NCBI RefSeq assembly: GCF_014698145.1
Contig: NZ_JACJSM010000001.1
Span: forward strand, 1 to 24,632
DNA from: Oscillatoria sp. FACHB-1406
GTDB lineage: Bacteria > Cyanobacteriota > Cyanobacteriia > Cyanobacteriales > Spirulinaceae
Reading direction: 5' to 3'
DNA length: 24,632 nucleotides
Below are positions 16,395-24,632 of the stretch, piece after piece. The notes under the pieces are model-generated. The model made no database searches and was not told the origin of the DNA. It was given only the letters and a program-made list of their open reading frames with translations. The position numbers were made by a program, and so were the translations under genes. The stretch's first letter is position 1. Every line of letters begins with the position of its first letter.

Positions 16395-17096
16395 TTAAAC
16401 CGCTAAGAAACGTTGAATCGTTTCTTGAGAGAGTTCGCTAGTTGCGCCGGAAGCAACGATACCGCCTTTTTGCATGGCGTAATACCAGTCCGCTTGGCGC
16501 ACGAAATGGAGGTGTTGTTCGACGAGTAAAACAGAGATTCCGGTTGCTTCGATAATGCGTCGGACAGCGGCTTCAATTTCAAGAATAATCGAGGGTTGAA
16601 TCCCTTCGGTGGGTTCGTCGAGAACGAGAAGCTTGGGTTTCCCCATTAAAGCACGCGCGATCGCGAGTTGTTGTTGTTGTCCGCCGCTCAAATCGCCGCC
16701 CATCCGCGATAGCATTGTTTTCAACACCGGAAACAGCGTAAAAATCTCTTCTGGAATATCTTTTTTCCCCTGTCTTCCTTTCGGTAATGCTTCCAAACCC
16801 AGCAACAAATTTTCGCGAACCGTGGCGCGGGGAATAACTTCTCTTCCTTGGGGAACGTAACCGATTCCGGAGCGCGCGCGGCGATCTGGGCTATCTTTTA
16901 AGAGGGAGCGATCGTAAAAAACAATATTACCAGTACGCGGCTGAAGTAAGCCCATAATTGTTTTTAAGAGTGTCGTTTTTCCGACTCCATTTCTCCCGAT
17001 TAAGCAAACCATTTGTCCCGGCGGAACAGCCATATCGACACTGCGAAGAATATGACTTTCGCCGTAATAAACATTGAGGTTAGAAACTTGTAACAT
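16395..17096 (-). CDS. urtE: Urea ABC transporter ATP-binding protein UrtE (LivF-like).
   Basis: Walker A GRNGVGKT, signature LSGGQQQ, Walker B LLVLDEP. It is the last gene of the urtABCDE order. Confidence 0.8.
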   Translation of the reverse strand: MLQVSNLNVYYGESHILRSVDMAVPPGQMVCLIGRNGVGKTTLLKTIMGLLQPRTGNIVFYDRSLLKDSPDRRARSGIGYVPQGREVIPRATVRENLLLGLEALPKGRQGKKDIPEEIFTLFPVLKTMLSRMGGDLSGGQQQQLAIARALMGKPKLLVLDEPTEGIQPSIILEIEAAVRRIIEATGISVLLVEQHLHFVRQADWYYAMQKGGIVASGATSELSQETIQRFLAV

Positions 17097-17123
17097 TTAT
17101 TTGAGTGATTAGTTATTAGAGAG

Positions 17124-17227
17124 AGCGGAAATCTGTAATTCGTTGTCAATTATCCATTTGCTCTGGCGGAACAGCCATATCGACACTGCGAAGAAGCGGG
17201 AATCCGTAATTCGTTATCAATTATCAA
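17124..17227. repeat. Two ~33-bp direct repeats bracket a 42-bp duplicate of part of the urtE coding region. R1 (17124-17156) is AGCGGAAATCTGTAATTCGTTGTCAATTATCCA. R2 (17195-17227) is AGCGGGAATCCGTAATTCGTTATCAATTATCAA. The duplicated segment is 17154-17195 and copies 17009-17050 (urtE codons 16-30).
   Basis: Read directly. R1 and R2 differ at 4 of 33 positions. The duplicated segment differs from its source at 3 of 42 positions, with the last 31 nt identical. R2 ends at the urtD stop codon. Confidence 0.8.
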
Positions 17228-17974
17228 TTAACTTTCTTCACTGCCTAAATAAACTTCAATCACGCGCGGATCTTGCTGTACTTCATCCATCGTGCCTTCA
17301 CACAGAACGGAACCTTGATGTAATACAGTTACTTTACGAGCGATTTGGCGCACGAACTCCATATCGTGTTCGATCACGATAATTGAATGACTTTCCGCCA
17401 GCGCAATTAATAAAGCCCCTACGTTTTCTGTTTCCTCGTCGGTTAATCCGGCAACGGGTTCATCAACTAACAGTAATTGCGGCGATTGTGCGACTAACAT
17501 TCCGATTTCCAAGCGCTGTTTTTCGCCGTGGGAAAGGAGGGCAGCTTGTAAGTCGGCTTTCGCGGCTAAACCAATCGTTTCAAGGAGTCCGATAACGTGG
17601 CGGCGATCGCTTTCTCTCGGCTGGGCAAAGAGCGTGCTTAACACATTTTTGTTGCGATTGCAAGCCAAGTCTAAATTTTCGCGCACGGTGAGATTGAGAT
17701 AGACTCGCGGGGTTTGAAATTTACGACCAACTCCGAGGCGGGCAACTTGATGTTCGGACAATTTTCGCAAGTCTCGCCCGTCAAATCTAACCTGTCCTTC
17801 CGTGGGTTTGGTTTTGCCGGTAATGACATCGAGAAAGGTCGTTTTTCCCGCACCGTTGGGGCCGATAATCGTGCGGAGTTCGCCCGCATCCATACTGAAG
17901 TTAAGGTTATTGATGGCTTTAAATCCATCAAAGTTAACGGTGAGATTATCGATTTCGAGAATTTTTGAGGTCAT
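17228..17974 (-). CDS. urtD: Urea ABC transporter ATP-binding protein UrtD (LivG-like). The true start is the ATG of MTSKILEIDNL. The listed ORF runs 35 codons further upstream, to a TTG at 18079.
   Basis: Walker A GPNGAGKTT, signature LSHGEKQRL, Walker B LLLVDEP. An AAAGGATAATAATG ribosome-binding context precedes the start. Confidence 0.8.
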   Translation of the reverse strand: MTSKILEIDNLTVNFDGFKAINNLNFSMDAGELRTIIGPNGAGKTTFLDVITGKTKPTEGQVRFDGRDLRKLSEHQVARLGVGRKFQTPRVYLNLTVRENLDLACNRNKNVLSTLFAQPRESDRRHVIGLLETIGLAAKADLQAALLSHGEKQRLEIGMLVAQSPQLLLVDEPVAGLTDEETENVGALLIALAESHSIIVIEHDMEFVRQIARKVTVLHQGSVLCEGTMDEVQQDPRVIEVYLGSEES

Positions 17975-18068
17975 TATTATCCTTTCATTATTAATGGGGA
18001 GGGCAGGTTTGAAGACAGAGGATTGCTGTAATAGCAAGGGTTTTTGGGGAAACCTGCCCCTACAATAC

Positions 18069-19217
18069 TTATCTCTCAAATTCTTCCCGTTCTTGTTGCA
18101 CTTCTGGATTTTCTTCGAGTTGGGGATAGGTGATGAGTTTTGGACGCAAGAAGGGAAGCGATCGCGCGTATTTCAGCAGTCCCATTAAACCATCGGGTAG
18201 GACGGTGACAACGATGAGAAAAAGCGCGCCTTGAAAGAATGTCCAAACGGCGGGATATTCTTCGCTTAAAAAGGTTTGAGCGAAGTTAACTAAGAGAGTG
18301 CCAATAATTGCCCCAACCAGCGTTCCGCGCCCCCCCACAGCCACCCAAATGACCATTTCGATTGAAAAAGCCACTTCCATTGCGTTGGGCGTAATAATGC
18401 CGGTTTGCGGCACGTAAAGCGCTCCAGCTAATCCAGCGATCGCGCCAGAAATGGCAAAGACTAAGACTTTAAACCAAGTCGGATCGTAGCCGGAAAAACG
18501 AACCCGCGTTTCGTCGTCGCGAATGGCAACGAGTAAGCGCCCGAAACGCCCGCTAGTAAGCCAGCGACAGAGGGCGTAAGTGAGGACGAGGAAGAGAATG
18601 GTAAGGATGTAAAAAGTGAGTTGGGCGCGATCGGAACTCACCACCATCCCGAAGATGACATCTTTATCGGTTTTTAAGCCGTTTGTGCCGTTAATTAATT
18701 TTTGTTGGCCGTTGAAGAAATTGAAAAAGACAAGCAGCGCGGCTTGAGTGAGAATGGAGAAGTAAACGCCGCGAATGCGATTGCGAAAGACGAGATATCC
18801 GAGTAGTCCGGCGACGATCGCGGGAATCACAAAAATCGCGATCGCGGTGAAGGGAAAAGAATAAAACGGTCGCCAAAATCCCGGCAGTTCCGATACGCCG
18901 TAAAGGGAGAAAAAGTCGGGAACGGGCGCTTCCGGGCCATTGAGTTTGAGATACATCGCGATCGCGTATCCCCCTAGGGCAAAGAATATCCCGTGTCCCA
19001 AACTCAACAATCCGGTATAACCCCAGATTAAATCGATCCCTAAAGCCGCGATCGCCAATGCCAAAAATCGACCCAAAAGTTTAAGCCGAAAAGCCGGAAT
19101 CAGTAGGGGCATAATGACCGCGAGGAACAAAACAATCCCAGCAATAATCCCCGCTTCTTTAAGAAGCGCCCGATCGAGCTTAAGTTTAGATTTAGGAAGT
19201 TCGCTTTTCGATTTCAT
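18069..19217 (-). CDS. urtC: Urea ABC transporter permease UrtC (LivM-like).
   Basis: About 10 TM segments of a LivM-type permease, with an N-terminal basic cytoplasmic tail MKSKSELPKSKLKL. Confidence 0.8.
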   Translation of the reverse strand: MKSKSELPKSKLKLDRALLKEAGIIAGIVLFLAVIMPLLIPAFRLKLLGRFLALAIAALGIDLIWGYTGLLSLGHGIFFALGGYAIAMYLKLNGPEAPVPDFFSLYGVSELPGFWRPFYSFPFTAIAIFVIPAIVAGLLGYLVFRNRIRGVYFSILTQAALLVFFNFFNGQQKLINGTNGLKTDKDVIFGMVVSSDRAQLTFYILTILFLVLTYALCRWLTSGRFGRLLVAIRDDETRVRFSGYDPTWFKVLVFAISGAIAGLAGALYVPQTGIITPNAMEVAFSIEMVIWVAVGGRGTLVGAIIGTLLVNFAQTFLSEEYPAVWTFFQGALFLIVVTVLPDGLMGLLKYARSLPFLRPKLITYPQLEENPEVQQEREEFER

Positions 19218-19298
19218 GAAAGTTATGGGGGGAATGCTGAGTTGCGAGTCGCGCGTCCGATTTTGTCAGGGGCATAGCACTGCTACGCCCTAACAAGC

Positions 19299-20528
19299 TT
19301 AAATTTCTGCCGTTCTTCCTTTCGGGGCAAAAATTCCAGCGGGTTTAACTTGTAAGAAGGCAATAATTAAGGCGAAAACCAGCACTTTTGCCATACTGGT
19401 CGTCGAAAAGAATGTCAGAATTTCGGTGAGGGGCTTTAAGGCTTCAATCGGTTGAGAAAGCGTCACTAACGTTCCCGAACCAATCAGAAAAGAAACGGTT
19501 CCGATCGCCATTGCCGCTAAAATCGTCCCCAAGAGATTGCCTACGCCGCCGAGAACGACGACCATAAACGTATCGACGATGTAGTTTTGTCCGGTATTAG
19601 GGCCGACCGAACCCAACATCGCGATCGCGCAACCGGCAATTCCCGCCAATCCCGAACCGACTGCAAACGTCAGCGCGTCTACCTTAGCGGTCGGAATGCC
19701 CAAACAGGAACTCATGCTGCGATTTTGGGTGACGGCGCGAATTCGCAGCCCCCAATCGGTGTAGTTGAGGAAAAAGTAAGTCCCCAATACGCACAAAATC
19801 GTTAGCGCGATGATAAATAAGCGGGTGCGGGGTAGCGGAAAACTTTCGGCCCCCAGCGGGAATTTTATCGGTTCCTGCAATAACCAATTCGGGGCAGTCA
19901 CATCGACGTTTCGCGCGCTGAACCAGGGCTTGACAAAAAAGTCTTTTTTTGTATTCGCCATTAATAAACCCGCGACGAAGGTAATTGCGCCGCTGATTGC
20001 GACATTCGCCGGGATCGCCCAACGCGGGACGACAATGGGATTGCGTCGCAGTACGGTCAGCGCGCCAAAAAAGAGGAGACAGAATAGCGCGATCGCGATC
20101 GCCAGCAAAGTATTTATACTTCGCACCAACTCGCGCAAAATCAAACTTACGCCCCAAGTCGCCAACAGCGTTTCCAGCGGTCTTCCGTACAAAAAGCGGA
20201 TTGCACCTCGTTCCAAGGCTAAACCCACTAATCCCGCCACAATAAACGCCGCAATTAACGCATAAAAAATATACATTTCGCGACTGACAACAAACGCGAT
20301 CGCGTTCCCCAAAAATCCCGCTTCCGCTGTCGGTTTAAACTCCGGTAAGATCGCCTTAGCAATATTCTGCACCACAAACGTGGTATACGCTCCCAGCATC
20401 ATCAATTCCCCGTGAGCGAGATTAATCACGCCCATCAACCCAAAGACAATTGCCAGTCCTAATGCCGACAACAAAAGGACAGAACCGATACTAATCCCAT
20501 CAAAAATACTTTGAAGAAGTTGCAGCAC
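19299..20528 (-). CDS. urtB: Urea ABC transporter permease UrtB (LivH-like). GTG at 20528 gives MLQLLQSIFDGISIGS, the typical UrtB N-terminus. The listed TTG at 20558 is 10 codons upstream.
   Basis: LivH-type permease with the long periplasmic/cytoplasmic insert typical of UrtB. It is the first gene downstream of urtA. Confidence 0.8.
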   Translation of the reverse strand: MLQLLQSIFDGISIGSVLLLSALGLAIVFGLMGVINLAHGELMMLGAYTTFVVQNIAKAILPEFKPTAEAGFLGNAIAFVVSREMYIFYALIAAFIVAGLVGLALERGAIRFLYGRPLETLLATWGVSLILRELVRSINTLLAIAIALFCLLFFGALTVLRRNPIVVPRWAIPANVAISGAITFVAGLLMANTKKDFFVKPWFSARNVDVTAPNWLLQEPIKFPLGAESFPLPRTRLFIIALTILCVLGTYFFLNYTDWGLRIRAVTQNRSMSSCLGIPTAKVDALTFAVGSGLAGIAGCAIAMLGSVGPNTGQNYIVDTFMVVVLGGVGNLLGTILAAMAIGTVSFLIGSGTLVTLSQPIEALKPLTEILTFFSTTSMAKVLVFALIIAFLQVKPAGIFAPKGRTAEI

Positions 20529-20636
20529 GATAATTCGGAGATAGAGATAAGCGAGCAATAATCGGTGTTAGATAGCGAAAGTTGGCAAGTAAGCCATTGA
20601 TGTCAAAATCCAGGAGTCGAGCAACTCTTTAGAAAA

Positions 20637-20700
20637 AATCGGATTTCCGACTTGCGATCGTTTTCAAAAAACTACACCTCAAGAAATCCGATTTCTTACC
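20637..20700 (-). terminator. urtA-urtB intercistronic stem-loop. Arms are AATCGGATTTC (20637-20647) and GAAATCCGATT (20683-20693), separated by 35 nt. On the minus-strand transcript it is followed by UUUUUUC. Candidate partial terminator or attenuator.
   Basis: An 11-bp inverted repeat read directly. The T6 run lies immediately 3' of the stem on the transcribed strand. Confidence 0.4.
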
Positions 20701-20751
20701 CATTCATTCAATTAAGGGTTTTTCGATCGCCCCTCAAGAATTGACTAGCCC

Positions 20752-22086
20752 TTAACTCACTTTATACTTACCGCCTTTCTTCGGATCGGTCCAATCGCAA
20801 CCAAAACCCTTCGTATCCGGAACGAATTGGTTCCAAGGCTGCGGTTCTAAGGGGGCATCGGTAGACCAAACAATCTTAAAGAGTCCATCGTCTTGGACTT
20901 CGCCGATGCGAACCGTCTTAGAAATATGATGGTTCGGGAACATTTTAACCTTGCCTTCCGGAGCCGCCAATTCTTGACCGACTGCCGCCGCGCGAACTTT
21001 TTCTAAATCGTCTGCCGTTCCGGCTTTTTCGACCGCTTGTTTCCACAGATAAACCATGATATAAGCCGCTTCCATCGGGTCGTTCGTTACGCGATCCGCG
21101 CCGTACTTCGCCTTAAACGCTTCCACAAACTTCTTGTTTTCCGGCGTATCGACGGTTTGGAAATAATTCCAAGATGCGTAATGTCCTTTGAGGAATTCAG
21201 TCCCGATCTGACGAACTTCTTCTTCGGCTACGCTAACGGACATAACCGGATATTTCTCGGGTGTAATCCCCGCGCCCTTCAGTTGTTTGAAGAATGCGAC
21301 GTTGCTATCGCCGTTGAGGGTGTTGAAAATAACGCCGCCGTCGGGCAACGCTTGACGAATTTTTGTGATAATCGGCGTAACTTCGGTATTTCCTAAAGGC
21401 AAGTAATCTTCCCCAACGGTTTCGCCGCCTTTGGCTTTGAGTTGTTCTTTGATAATCGTATTAGCCGTGCGCGGGAAAACGTAATCGGAGCCGACTAAGA
21501 AGAACTTTTTACCTTTATTTTTAAGCAACCAATCGACAGCCGGTTCGATCTGTTGGTTGGGTGCTGCACCGGTATAGAAGACGTTCTTAGAACATTCTTG
21601 ACCTTCGTATTGAACGGGATACCATAACATATGGTTTTTCGACTCGAAGGTGTCGAGAACGGCTTTGCGGCTAGCAGAAGTCCAACATCCAAAGATGGTA
21701 ACAACTTTATCTTTATCGATAAGTTTTTCAGCTTTTTCTTTGAAAACATCCCAATCGGAAGCACCATCTTCTTTAATGGGTTCGATTTGTTTGCCCAGAA
21801 CGCCGCCTGCTTTGTTGATTTCTTCGATCGCGAGCATTTCGGCATCAACGACTGTAGTTTCACTAATCGCCATCGTACCGCTCAGCGAGTGAAGAATTCC
21901 GACTTTAATCGTATTGCCGCTGCCTGCGGCGACGGGTGTTGAAGCACTCGTCGGACTTTCCGCTGCGCTCGGGCTGGCAGTGGGCGCTGTGGTTTGGGAT
22001 TGCCCACAACCTTTAAGTAAAATGCTAGTTCCTAATGCTGCCGAACCGTAGAGTAAGAATTTTCTTCTTCCAAATTGCCTTGCCAT
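20752..22086 (-). CDS. urtA: Urea-binding periplasmic lipoprotein UrtA.
   Basis: Signal peptide [27 protein letters not shown] with a lipobox Cys. The UrtA-type block [40 protein letters not shown]. The C-terminus [11 protein letters not shown]. Confidence 0.8.
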   Translation of the reverse strand: MARQFGRRKFLLYGSAALGTSILLKGCGQSQTTAPTASPSAAESPTSASTPVAAGSGNTIKVGILHSLSGTMAISETTVVDAEMLAIEEINKAGGVLGKQIEPIKEDGASDWDVFKEKAEKLIDKDKVVTIFGCWTSASRKAVLDTFESKNHMLWYPVQYEGQECSKNVFYTGAAPNQQIEPAVDWLLKNKGKKFFLVGSDYVFPRTANTIIKEQLKAKGGETVGEDYLPLGNTEVTPIITKIRQALPDGGVIFNTLNGDSNVAFFKQLKGAGITPEKYPVMSVSVAEEEVRQIGTEFLKGHYASWNYFQTVDTPENKKFVEAFKAKYGADRVTNDPMEAAYIMVYLWKQAVEKAGTADDLEKVRAAAVGQELAAPEGKVKMFPNHHISKTVRIGEVQDDGLFKIVWSTDAPLEPQPWNQFVPDTKGFGCDWTDPKKGGKYKVS

Positions 22087-22176
22087 AGCCGTCTCCTAAC
22101 ACCTTGCTGAAAATGAACTATCGCAGTTTAGACATAGATTTAACTGCGCCGATAGTATCGATTAAATCGCGTAAGG

Positions 22177-22225
22177 ATATTAGATCGCTCCAGAGCAGTA
22201 TTTTGTAGTCCAGGATACAAAATAC
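22177..22225 (-). promoter_or_regulatory. NtcA-activated (class II) promoter of urtA. The NtcA box is TGTAGTCCAGGATACA (22204-22219), embedded in a 28-bp palindrome GTATTTTGTA-N8-TACAAAATAC (22198-22225). A -10 TAATAT lies 21 nt downstream on the minus strand (22177-22182 in plus coordinates).
   Basis: GTA-N8-TAC, then 21 nt, then TAN3T, read directly. NtcA control of urt operons is established in Anabaena and Synechocystis. The predicted TSS is near 22170, giving a 5'UTR of about 85 nt. Confidence 0.7.
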
Positions 22226-22403
22226 TTCAAGAATCGTGAGGTAAATATTAAATTTTTGTACGCTAACCGTAATATTGACGATAATTTAAGCTTTTTGGGC
22301 GATCGCACCCGTTTCTGGACGATAAAATTAGAGCATTTGACTGAGGAAGTCTCAATAAAAATACCGAGCAATATTAAACCCATTTTTTTTTGGAAAGCGA
22401 TTT

Positions 22404-22628
22404 ATGGCCCATACGATTGTCACGGAAACTTGTGAAGGCGTTGCAGACTGCGTTGCACCCTGTCCGGTCGCTTGCATTCATCCCGGGCCGGGTAAAAATG
22501 TGAAGGGAACGGATTGGTACTGGATTGATTTCGAGGTTTGCATTGATTGCGGCATTTGCCTGCAAGTTTGTCCGGTGGAGGGAGCAATTCTTCCAGAAGA
22601 ACTGCCTTCGTTACAAAAAACGCCTTAA
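22404..22628 (+). CDS. Ferredoxin-like protein with two Cys clusters (CxxxxxCxxxCPxxC and CxxCxxCxxxCP), resembling the 7Fe-type [3Fe-4S][4Fe-4S] pattern.
   Basis: TETCEGVADCVAPCPVAC and CIDCGICLQVCP. It is divergent from urtA. Confidence 0.7.
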   Translation: MAHTIVTETCEGVADCVAPCPVACIHPGPGKNVKGTDWYWIDFEVCIDCGICLQVCPVEGAILPEELPSLQKTP

Positions 22629-22649
22629 AGTTTTGGGCTGAATAACGAT

Positions 22650-23627
22650 TCACTTAACGGTTCGCTGTTCGCTGTTGGCTGCCTCCCGTTCCCCATTCGC
22701 TGAGATTCGCGACTTCTTGGAGGGGGAGGGTTGGCGGTTAAGATCGGGATCGGTTTCAATGGTACAAGTAATTTGAATCGGACCGTAGCGTTCGCGCAGC
22801 ACTTGTTCGATTTTACGAGCAACTTTGGGGGCAAGTTGGCGATCGCCCGATTCAAGCACTAAGGATATAGAAATATAGACAAAGCGACCGATCAAACCGC
22901 GCGATTTGATGTTGTAACATTTAATTACGCCGTCAATCTTTAAGATCGTCCGTTCGAGAACTTCCGGCGCGATCGCGGTTTGTTCGACCAACAGGGGAAA
23001 ATGCCAAATTAGTACGCGCCAGAACCCTTCTAGGGCTAAAACGAGTAAAATAGCGGCGGCGATCGAGTCAAATAAAGGTTCGCCCCACCACACCCCGATC
23101 GCGCTCGCTAAGGTGAGCAACATCAAGCCAGCATCTTTAAACAATTGTTCGGCATTGAAGCGTAACATTGGATAACGACAGATTCGAGCTTGGATGCGAT
23201 CGAGCAAAGCCAAAGCTAGGGTTGCAACTAAGAATAAGCCCAAAAATTGCAGCATTGGAAGGTTTGCCCTCACCGGAAATGGTAAAGGAGCTTGGTTCCA
23301 AATTGCAGCAAGCTGTTGCAGGCAAAAAAAAGCTAATCCCAACCAAGCCACTGCAAAGGAAACTGCAAACAAAAGCACCAAAAATGTTTCCCGCTTGCCA
23401 TGACCGTAAATTTCCTCTCCAGTCGGGCGATCGGGACTGGTAACGGCTAACCAACTAAAGAGCAGGCTAAAAGTGGCAATCTCGCTATGAAGCGATTGAG
23501 CGAGCAGAGCGAGGGACTGGAATTCCCACCCCATCCACACTTTAGCACCTAACAGCAAGATCGTCAGCCATAACGTCGCCCATAAAACTGAACGACTGAT
23601 AAAGTAGCGATCTTGTCGGTCGGTCAT
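22650..23627 (-). CDS. Cation diffusion facilitator (CDF)-like transporter with a C-terminal cytoplasmic domain. Several canonical metal-site His/Asp residues are substituted.
   Basis: Six TM segments. SLALLAQSLHSEIATFS is CDF signature-like. YGHGKRETF, and a C-terminal ILKIDGVIKCYNIKSRG ... fold. Confidence 0.65.
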   Translation of the reverse strand: MTDRQDRYFISRSVLWATLWLTILLLGAKVWMGWEFQSLALLAQSLHSEIATFSLLFSWLAVTSPDRPTGEEIYGHGKRETFLVLLFAVSFAVAWLGLAFFCLQQLAAIWNQAPLPFPVRANLPMLQFLGLFLVATLALALLDRIQARICRYPMLRFNAEQLFKDAGLMLLTLASAIGVWWGEPLFDSIAAAILLVLALEGFWRVLIWHFPLLVEQTAIAPEVLERTILKIDGVIKCYNIKSRGLIGRFVYISISLVLESGDRQLAPKVARKIEQVLRERYGPIQITCTIETDPDLNRQPSPSKKSRISANGEREAANSEQRTVK

Positions 23628-23997
23628 GGATAAAATACATCGAATATAGCTTGAGAATTCAGTTATATCATGCTGGGACTCTTTATAACGCTTCTACCGC
23701 TAAAAGTCAGGAATTCCCCGTTCGCCCAGCTAACTTCTTTCCCTGAACTTTACTAATCTACAAAAATATAATCAAGGCTTATTAGACTGTACTGCAATTA
23801 ATAGCCTTCAAGCCGACATTTTTTAAGGTAAGGTGAGAAAAAGCAAAATTGGCAACACCCATTTTAACCTCTAACGTTTACTCTAATGCAAGATCGATGG
23901 AGCCGGAAATCGCCAGACTATCGGCTGCTGAAAGCCTCAATCTGTCGTTATAAAGGTATAAAAAGGTGTCTTTACCGAACTCACATCTAGAAAGAAT

Positions 23998-24632
23998 ATG
24001 AATCAGGAGTTGGCGCGCGTTTTACTCGTCGAGCCGAGCGAAACAACGGCTCGTTTCCTGCGAGATTGTTGCGCTCGTATTTCGAGCTATCGCCTCGAAT
24101 TCGATTGGGTAACAACGCGAGAAGCAGCCTTAGATGCGCTATTGTGCGTGCCTTACGATGCCTATTTGCTCGACCTTCAGTTTGTTCTGGGTAAGGATGG
24201 AGATTTATTGCCAGCGATTTTAGAGTTAGGTCGCTTTGCTCCAGCGATCGCGCTGGTGGATGGAGTAGAGTCCGGACGCGCCGCCTTAGAATTGGGGGCT
24301 GCCGATTTTTTAGAAACAGAAAAACTCGATCCGATGGAACTGGAACGTTCGCTGCGCTTAACGCTGAGAGCTAGCCGCAGCGAACGGCAACTGGCGTGCG
24401 ACCATCGCGATCGCCAACTCGCTGAGGAGACTTGGCAAGAAAATGAATGGGCTTTTCAAATCAACGAGGAACGACTGCATGGCATCCTCGAATCGCTCGA
24501 TGATGTCGTCTTGTCGTTTAACCCCCAAAGCCATAAATTACTCTATTTGAATGCCGCAGTCGAGTCGGTTTACGGTTATACCGTGTCGGAGTTTTTCCAA
24601 GACTTGGACTTGTGGCGAGCGCGGATTCATCC
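23998..24632 (+). CDS. Receiver-like (pseudo-receiver) domain plus PAS protein, 3'-partial; it continues past the window edge.
   Basis: My own translation: MNQELARVLLVEPSETTARFL ... YDAYLLDLQF ... AIALVDG ... FLETEKLDP, then a PAS segment. The acidic pocket DD is replaced by EP. It is not in the ORF track because the frame is still open at the window end. Confidence 0.6.
   Translation, partial: MNQELARVLLVEPSETTARFLRDCCARISSYRLEFDWVTTREAALDALLCVPYDAYLLDLQFVLGKDGDLLPAILELGRFAPAIALVDGVESGRAALELGAADFLETEKLDPMELERSLRLTLRASRSERQLACDHRDRQLAEETWQENEWAFQINEERLHGILESLDDVVLSFNPQSHKLLYLNAAVESVYGYTVSEFFQDLDLWRARIH

Noticed and set aside
17124-17227. CRISPR mini-array interpretation of repeat-spacer-repeat
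   Set aside because: There are only two repeats, they differ at 4 of 33 positions, and no cas genes or leader are present. The 'spacer' identity runs into the repeat ends. A duplication or recombination scar is more parsimonious. It is kept as a finding but not called CRISPR.
19587-20265. Several plus-strand ORFs (72-157 aa) inside urtB
   Set aside because: They lie antisense to, and are fully contained in, a strongly supported permease gene. Their composition is Arg/Ala-rich, which is typical of the antisense strand of GC-rich coding DNA.
21037-21942. Plus-strand and minus-strand small ORFs inside urtA
   Set aside because: They overlap the UrtA coding sequence and are out-of-frame or antisense artefacts.
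22087-22403. Sigma70-type -35/-10 for the ferredoxin gene (TTGACG at about 22275, TTGACT at about 22345)
   Set aside because: No TAnnnT box was found at a 16-18 nt spacing from either hexamer. The promoter is left unassigned.

Overview
This 24.6-kb window is cyanobacterial chromosomal DNA. By my manual count the HIP1 octamer GCGATCGC occurs about 40 times, against fewer than one expected by chance, which is a cyanobacterial hallmark.

Gene content, left to right:
- A hybrid PAS histidine kinase that begins in the middle of a GAF domain, right after a 16-bp perfect palindrome.
- A C-terminal half of a CheB methylesterase domain fused to a zinc-ribbon tail.
- A GNAT acetyltransferase, with an unlisted 58-aa membrane-protein ORF abutting its start.
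- An alpha/beta hydrolase.
- An LCP (LytR-CpsA-Psr) envelope protein.
- A 12-unit heptanucleotide tandem array.
- A secreted pentapeptide-repeat protein.
- A TPR-like protein whose signal peptide is split over two frames.
- A GUN4-domain protein.
- A GAF histidine-kinase-like protein with Glu in place of the phospho-accepting His and a degenerate ATPase domain.
- An ExoD-family membrane protein.
- A PAS-only sensor.
- A gamma-glutamyltransferase.
- A remnant of an XisI-like gene.
- An orphan PotB/PotC-type ABC permease.
- ClpS and two small ORFs.
- A complete urea ABC transporter operon urtABCDE on the minus strand, with a textbook NtcA-type promoter (TGTA-N8-TACA, then 21 nt, then TAATAT).
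- A 7Fe-like ferredoxin, a CDF-like transporter, and a partial pseudo-receiver/PAS protein at the right edge.

No rRNA, tRNA, CRISPR array or transposase was recognised. I found no single compact new multi-gene system. The most interesting signals are:
- The H-to-E pseudokinase.
- A repeat / urtE-derived segment / repeat structure in the urtD-urtE spacer, whose repeats share a GTAATTC core with the heptamer tandem array.
- An unusual density of truncated or frameshifted signalling and mobile-element-associated genes.

Coordinate caveat: around position 17940 my reading of the printed sequence and the ORF track disagree by 1 nt. CDS coordinates follow the ORF track. Non-CDS coordinates between about 17940 and 19200 may be off by 1.
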